Notes under the pieces: generated by a model
Databases searched by the model: none
What the model was told of the DNA's origin: nothing
The model's input: only the letters and a program-made list of their open reading frames with translations
In this document: one piece after another, positions 16,601-20,000 of the stretch
How the letters are laid out: each line of letters begins with the position of its first letter
Position numbering within the stretch: the first letter of the stretch is position 1
Source: an uncultured virus (IMG/VR IMGVR_UViG_3300017978_000189)
Taxonomy: Duplodnaviria; Heunggongvirae; Uroviricota; Caudoviricetes
Strand: one strand, 5' to 3'
DNA: 20,000 nt
IMG/VR virus record: IMGVR_UViG_3300017978_000189
Program-made: the position numbers and the translations under genes

Positions 16601-17853
16601 TTTCTGTTACAGGTAACGTATCTGCTACAAACTTGACAGGTACATTGACAACTGCATCACAAACAAACATCACTAGCGTTGGCACATTGGGAACATTGTC
16701 TGTTACTGGTACTGCTACTGTAGGTAATGTATCTACAACAGGTACAGTTGATGCAGGCTTCTTGATTGGTGATGGATATCAAATTGGTAATATCACTGGT
16801 GCAAACATTACTGGTTATGTTGCTGACGCTGACCACGCTACAATCGCTAACGTTGCAAACGTAGCATATAGCATTTCAGGTGGTAACGTTTCTGGTGACG
16901 TAGCAGGTGCAAACCATGCAAATATTGCTGATACTGCAAATGCAGTGTCAGGTGGAAACGTATCTGGTCAAGTCGGTAATGCTTTGATTGCTGGTACTGT
17001 TTACACAAACGCACAACCAAATATTACTAGTGTTGGTACATTGGTAGATTTGACAGTTACAGGTAACATTGCTACTGGTGGTATTCTAACTGATAACTAC
17101 TACTATGCAAACGGTGCTGCTGTTGACTTCCAAACTGCTGCAGGTAACGCAGGTGAAATTCAATTTAAGACTTCATCAGGTGATGACTTGGCTGCAAGTG
17201 CAAACTTGAAGTTCAATAGCTCAACAAGCGTATTGACAGTTACTGGTAACATCAGCGGTGCTAACGTAATTTCTGCAACTACAGTAACCGCAACTGATTT
17301 GACAGGTACATTGACAACTGCATCACAGACTAACATCACTAGTGTTGGTACATTGACAACCGTTACTGTTGCTGGCGCAACTAACTTAGGTGCTGTTGCT
17401 AACGTTCACATTGACGGTGGTTCATCTGGTCAGTACTTACAAACTGATGGTTTAGGTACATTGTCTTGGTCAACTATCAATACTACTGAAATCACTAATG
17501 GTACAAGTAATGTTTCTATCCCAGTAGCTGACGGTAACGTTTTCATCAACGTTGGTGCAACAGAGATTATCAAAGTAACTGGTGTTGGTGCAAACGTAAC
17601 TGGTACTATCAATGCTACTGGTAATGTAACTGCTGATAACATCACTGCTGCTAACGTAATTGTTGCAGAAGGTGATGTAGCTGCGACAAGTGCAATTACT
17701 GGTACAGTTAAAGTTGCTGGTGGTATGAGTGCTACAGGTAACATCTACACAGGTAAAGCTGTTGGTTTCGCTAATAACAACGGTGGAACAGACAGTGCTG
17801 CTTATATTCAATTCAACAGTTCTGCAAATAGCTTAGACTTTATCTTCAACTAA
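13657..17853 (+). CDS. Long tail/head fibre-like protein
   Basis: 1398 aa of G/T/A/N/V-rich beta repeats. It carries a YadA/HIM neck-like motif RITNLATPSADTDAVTKGYVD followed by a GLDVKDSVRAATT..GDRVLVKDQ..ENGIY..TRA.DFD phage tail-fibre domain; SD AAGGA. Confidence 0.88.
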   Translation: MAKLKDSRVYGNLDIDSVLTVASDTTINGNLTVTGNTIYSYVDTMKITDPILELGGGADGAALETDDGKDRGELLHYYDGGVIDAFMGWDNSASEFALGSNVSVTNEVVTFNTYGNLRAGTFFGNGSGLTSLAGSNVTGTVGYANMSSYAGIVTASSQPNITSVGTLVDIATSGNITADGTLEVTGESTLTGDVSMSGNATVTGNLTVTGTIYADVAGSLTAPGTTTQVLFNDGGQVNAVAGFTFNKSTQSLTLAGDLTGDTITGNLFSGDAGSLSNIVGANVTGYVPDADHATIANVANVAYSIAGGNVSGEVAVANTVSNPTQGNITSVGTLTSLTVSGNISGQANLAITSNATIGGDLAVTGDISGADGTFSGTMEVTGNANVANLGTGIVSATGNVTGANLNTAGTANIGNLEISGKTKGHLIPDANVTYDLGNLSHRWNDLYLSGDTIYLGDQTIEANATALFTSADLGANNITATANVTASNVYANSGTVKAAHFVGTIDTASQTNITQVGTLVSLDVTGNAAVGNLLTDHLLYANGQPWDLQQAAGSTGQLQFNDGNDFAASANLTYSNTGAGTLTAAGNIAAAKLSSTGNTEVGADLSVTGNASVTGDITGASIDVSGTATSGNVSTTDVTATGNVSATGNVSADTVVTNDVVASSGDLTLSGQGTNANVVLAPTGTGTISASSKRITNLATPSADTDAVTKGYVDSVAQGLDVKDSVRAATTTALADATYDDSAKTITGGQAALMIDGVGVENGDRVLVKDQADANENGIYTVTAKGSVSASWVLTRASDFDEATDVVSAFTFIEEGFSYADTGWVCTTNAPVTLGTTNIVWSQFSGAGAYTADNGIELDGTVFKAIVDNSTIDIVGGALHVKDGLTLVTPNIGAATGTSLDLSGSVDVGGDLAVTGNVDANNFNGTFYGSFVGTVDATVGAAGSNTEIQFNDAGNIGASTAFTFNKTSNTLSIVNITATGDVSVTGNVSATNLTGTLTTASQTNITSVGTLGTLSVTGTATVGNVSTTGTVDAGFLIGDGYQIGNITGANITGYVADADHATIANVANVAYSISGGNVSGDVAGANHANIADTANAVSGGNVSGQVGNALIAGTVYTNAQPNITSVGTLVDLTVTGNIATGGILTDNYYYANGAAVDFQTAAGNAGEIQFKTSSGDDLAASANLKFNSSTSVLTVTGNISGANVISATTVTATDLTGTLTTASQTNITSVGTLTTVTVAGATNLGAVANVHIDGGSSGQYLQTDGLGTLSWSTINTTEITNGTSNVSIPVADGNVFINVGATEIIKVTGVGANVTGTINATGNVTADNITAANVIVAEGDVAATSAITGTVKVAGGMSATGNIYTGKAVGFANNNGGTDSAAYIQFNSSANSLDFIFN
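16633..17327 (+). repeat. Perfect 29-nt direct repeat TTGACAGGTACATTGACAACTGCATCACA (16633-16661 and 17299-17327)
   Basis: Read directly; encodes LTGTLTTASQ ahead of the TNITSVGTL motif. Confidence 0.85.
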
Positions 17854-17862
17854 GGAAGATAA

Positions 17863-18090
17863 ATGGCTACTATAGCAGCTAGATTGAATAGCTCAGGTAC
17901 ACTCTACGCCAGCAATGGCGTAGTGTTTAACGAAATCAACCAATCTAACATAAGCATCACCCCGTCGGGGGTGTTTGCTTATCAATTTGATGAAGTTTCA
18001 GGTACACTAAATAATAGAGCTATGCAACAATACGCCAACGGCGTAGTAAAAGTTTCCGGAGTTTTTGACGAAGTGACGGGAATCGCATAA
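17863..18090 (+). CDS. Small FDE-repeat protein (putative fibre adaptor); insert-free paralogue of 12767..13624
   Basis: 75 aa; SD AAGGA overlapping the upstream stop; aligns with residues 1-45 and 261-285 of the 285-aa protein. Confidence 0.8.
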   Translation: MATIAARLNSSGTLYASNGVVFNEINQSNISITPSGVFAYQFDEVSGTLNNRAMQQYANGVVKVSGVFDEVTGIA

Positions 18091-18113
18091 GTATTAAGTT
18101 GAGAATATAAGAC

Positions 18114-19754
18114 ATGGCACTATTACGTTCAGGTACACGAGTTTACGGTAACGCTCAGGTTGATACCGTTTTAACCGTTGCTGGTACGGTAGCGGCAACC
18201 TCAACTACATCAGGTGCTCTCCAAATTACAGGTGGTGCAGGCGTTGGTGGTAATTTATATGTTGGCAACAATATCGTTACATCTAAAGATGTTTCAGCCA
18301 ACAACGCTACATTTACTGGTAACTTAATTATCAACGGGAATATTGTATATTCCAACGTTGATACAATGAATATCAAAGATCCGGTCATTGAACAAGGTGG
18401 TAACCCTAACGGTTCTGCTTTGACAAACAATGACAGTAAAGACCGCGGTCAATTATTACATTACTATACAACACAACCCGTTGATGCGTTTATGGGTTGG
18501 GACAACTCTGCCGGTGAGTTTGTTTTAGGTAGTAATGTTTCTGTTAGTAATAACGTTGTTACTGTTAACGAGTATGGTAATGTCCATGCAAATTTCTTTA
18601 TTGGTAACGGTAGTCAATTAACTGGTATTTCAACATCATCATTGACTGGAAACTTTCACGCTTGTGTAGTTTCTAACGTTAGTAATATTGTTGCTGGTTC
18701 AACATTAGAAATTGTTTCTGATTATACTGATACTAACTACCCAGCAGGTGTATTCACTATCAATCAATTGGGACCTGTTTCTATCACAATGACGAATGAA
18801 TGGGCAAGTGGTGGTGCAACTAAAAATGCCTACACTAACTATTTAAATGGCATCATTAATTCTCAAAATGTCTCGGTAACTTTTGGAATTGCTAATGCTA
18901 CATTTGATGTCAAGTCTACTGATACCATCACAATCGGCGGCGCAACTATTACTGGTGCAAACATTGTAGCATTGGGTATTTCTAGCACTGGCGGAACATA
19001 TACTATTCCTAGTGGATACTTTAATTCAACCCCACAGACACAAGCAAGCGATGCAGTAAGCGTGAATTTGACTACAACACGCGGCATATATGCTGCAACT
19101 GGTACAACTTTACTAAACAATCAACCGATACCGTTTAACATTACTGCATTCTCTGGTTCGTTCCCTTCAAATTCAGTACCATACTGGAGCTTGAATCAAA
19201 CATTCAACTGGACTGCAACTAAAACATCAGGTGCTACTACTGTTTCAGGTAATTTAGCTTACGCTAACGTGTCAGGCAGTGTATCTGGATCACTAACATC
19301 TACTGGTGAGACTTCAGGAACTAGTGGGTCATTGGATAGTACATTGTCTTATTCGTTATCAAGTAGTGACTATATTGGCTCAGGCGCTTTTGGTGCAGGA
19401 ACTAGACAAATGACAACTACTGTTACAGGTGTAGTACCCGCAGCGACAAAATATTATCCATTGTTCTGGAAGACAACTTCTGACAATACGATCCCAACAT
19501 TCACAACGAGCGATTCACACAATAGTAATAACTATGCAACAGGTCAAGGTGCAAACACAACGACTACCGCAAGTAACTATACATGGCTCGCTACACCAAA
19601 TTCAACATCACATACATTCAAGCACGTTTTCTTAGGCTCAGATATTGTTGACGTACCCGACGTAACTGGTACAACTACTATCTCTGGTCAGACGTATAGT
19701 GTATGGGGTTTCACTAATTTTAGTCAAGTAACAACGATTGTGACGACTTCATAA
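18114..19754 (+). CDS. Fibre-like protein, possible distal/receptor-binding segment
   Basis: 546 aa. The N-terminal ~170 aa are homologous to the 1398-aa N-terminus (RVYGN; DTM.I.DP..KDRG.LLHYY..DAFMGWDNSA.EF.LGSNVSV); the S/T-rich C-terminal region is unique in the window. Confidence 0.85.
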   Translation: MALLRSGTRVYGNAQVDTVLTVAGTVAATSTTSGALQITGGAGVGGNLYVGNNIVTSKDVSANNATFTGNLIINGNIVYSNVDTMNIKDPVIEQGGNPNGSALTNNDSKDRGQLLHYYTTQPVDAFMGWDNSAGEFVLGSNVSVSNNVVTVNEYGNVHANFFIGNGSQLTGISTSSLTGNFHACVVSNVSNIVAGSTLEIVSDYTDTNYPAGVFTINQLGPVSITMTNEWASGGATKNAYTNYLNGIINSQNVSVTFGIANATFDVKSTDTITIGGATITGANIVALGISSTGGTYTIPSGYFNSTPQTQASDAVSVNLTTTRGIYAATGTTLLNNQPIPFNITAFSGSFPSNSVPYWSLNQTFNWTATKTSGATTVSGNLAYANVSGSVSGSLTSTGETSGTSGSLDSTLSYSLSSSDYIGSGAFGAGTRQMTTTVTGVVPAATKYYPLFWKTTSDNTIPTFTTSDSHNSNNYATGQGANTTTTASNYTWLATPNSTSHTFKHVFLGSDIVDVPDVTGTTTISGQTYSVWGFTNFSQVTTIVTTS

Positions 19755-19755
19755 T

Positions 19756-20000
19756 ATGGCATTCTTATCTTTTCCATCACCAACACAACTAAAGAACTTG
19801 GCTAACCCGACGGATAACCAAGACGCCGTTACCTTAGCATACTTAGATACTGCGTTAAATGGAAGTGGGAACATTGTTGTCGCTAACGTTAGTGCTAATA
19901 TCGTAACATCGAACAATGTTACAGCTAACACTGTCACAGTTAATGGTGTCATTAACTTGGGCGATGTTGCTAACGTAAAGATTGATGGTGGTACTGACGG
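19756..20000 (+). CDS. Fibre-like protein, 3'-truncated (not in ORF track)
   Basis: ATG lies 1 nt after the previous TAA and the frame is open to the window end: MAFLSFPSPTQLKNLANPTDNQDAVTLAYLD...NLGDVANVKIDGGTD. It shares the neck motif and the LGDVANV..GG motif with upstream fibres. Confidence 0.8.
   Translation, partial: MAFLSFPSPTQLKNLANPTDNQDAVTLAYLDTALNGSGNIVVANVSANIVTSNNVTANTVTVNGVINLGDVANVKIDGGTD

Noticed and set aside
3..19754. Stop-codon reassignment, since all 17 visible stops are TAA
   Set aside because: All genes are intact under code 11 with high coding density and no in-frame TAG/TGA; TAA preference is expected for highly expressed, AT-rich phage genes.
12767..19754. Diversity-generating retroelement or invertible tail-fibre switch
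   Set aside because: No reverse transcriptase or invertase, no TR/VR pair with adenine-specific mismatches and no inverted cassettes were seen in the window.
711..19952. All minus-strand ORFs in the track, e.g. 1017-1457, 3077-3361, 11156-11830
   Set aside because: They are antisense shadows of + strand genes with biased codon usage; no SD, promoter box or recognisable motif.

Overview
This window is part of the structural module of a large T4-related (T4-superfamily) tailed phage. All credible genes lie on the + strand, use the standard genetic code and end in TAA. The order is: the 3' end of a tape-measure/hub-like protein carrying a Zn-peptidase (M15-like) motif set; portal (gp20-like); two putative prohead-core proteins; prohead protease (gp21); scaffold (gp22); a short major capsid protein (gp23); two small paralogues in duplicated terminator-promoter-leader cassettes; and about 12 kb of mosaic fibre-like virion genes. 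Three signals stand out. (1) A three-part junction occurs twice in the fibre cluster: fibre C-terminus '...DFxFN', then a small FDE-repeat protein with or without a LamG insert, then a fibre N-terminus 'MAxL...RVYGN'. This suggests a segmented, daisy-chained fibre joined by a pseudo-threefold adaptor. (2) T4-late-type NNTAAATA boxes sit exactly 5 nt before the ATG of the portal and the next gene, implying leaderless mRNAs. (3) The duplicated expression cassette downstream of the MCP keeps a 5' hairpin through structure-preserving changes. Family assignments come from motif recognition by eye; no database search was run.
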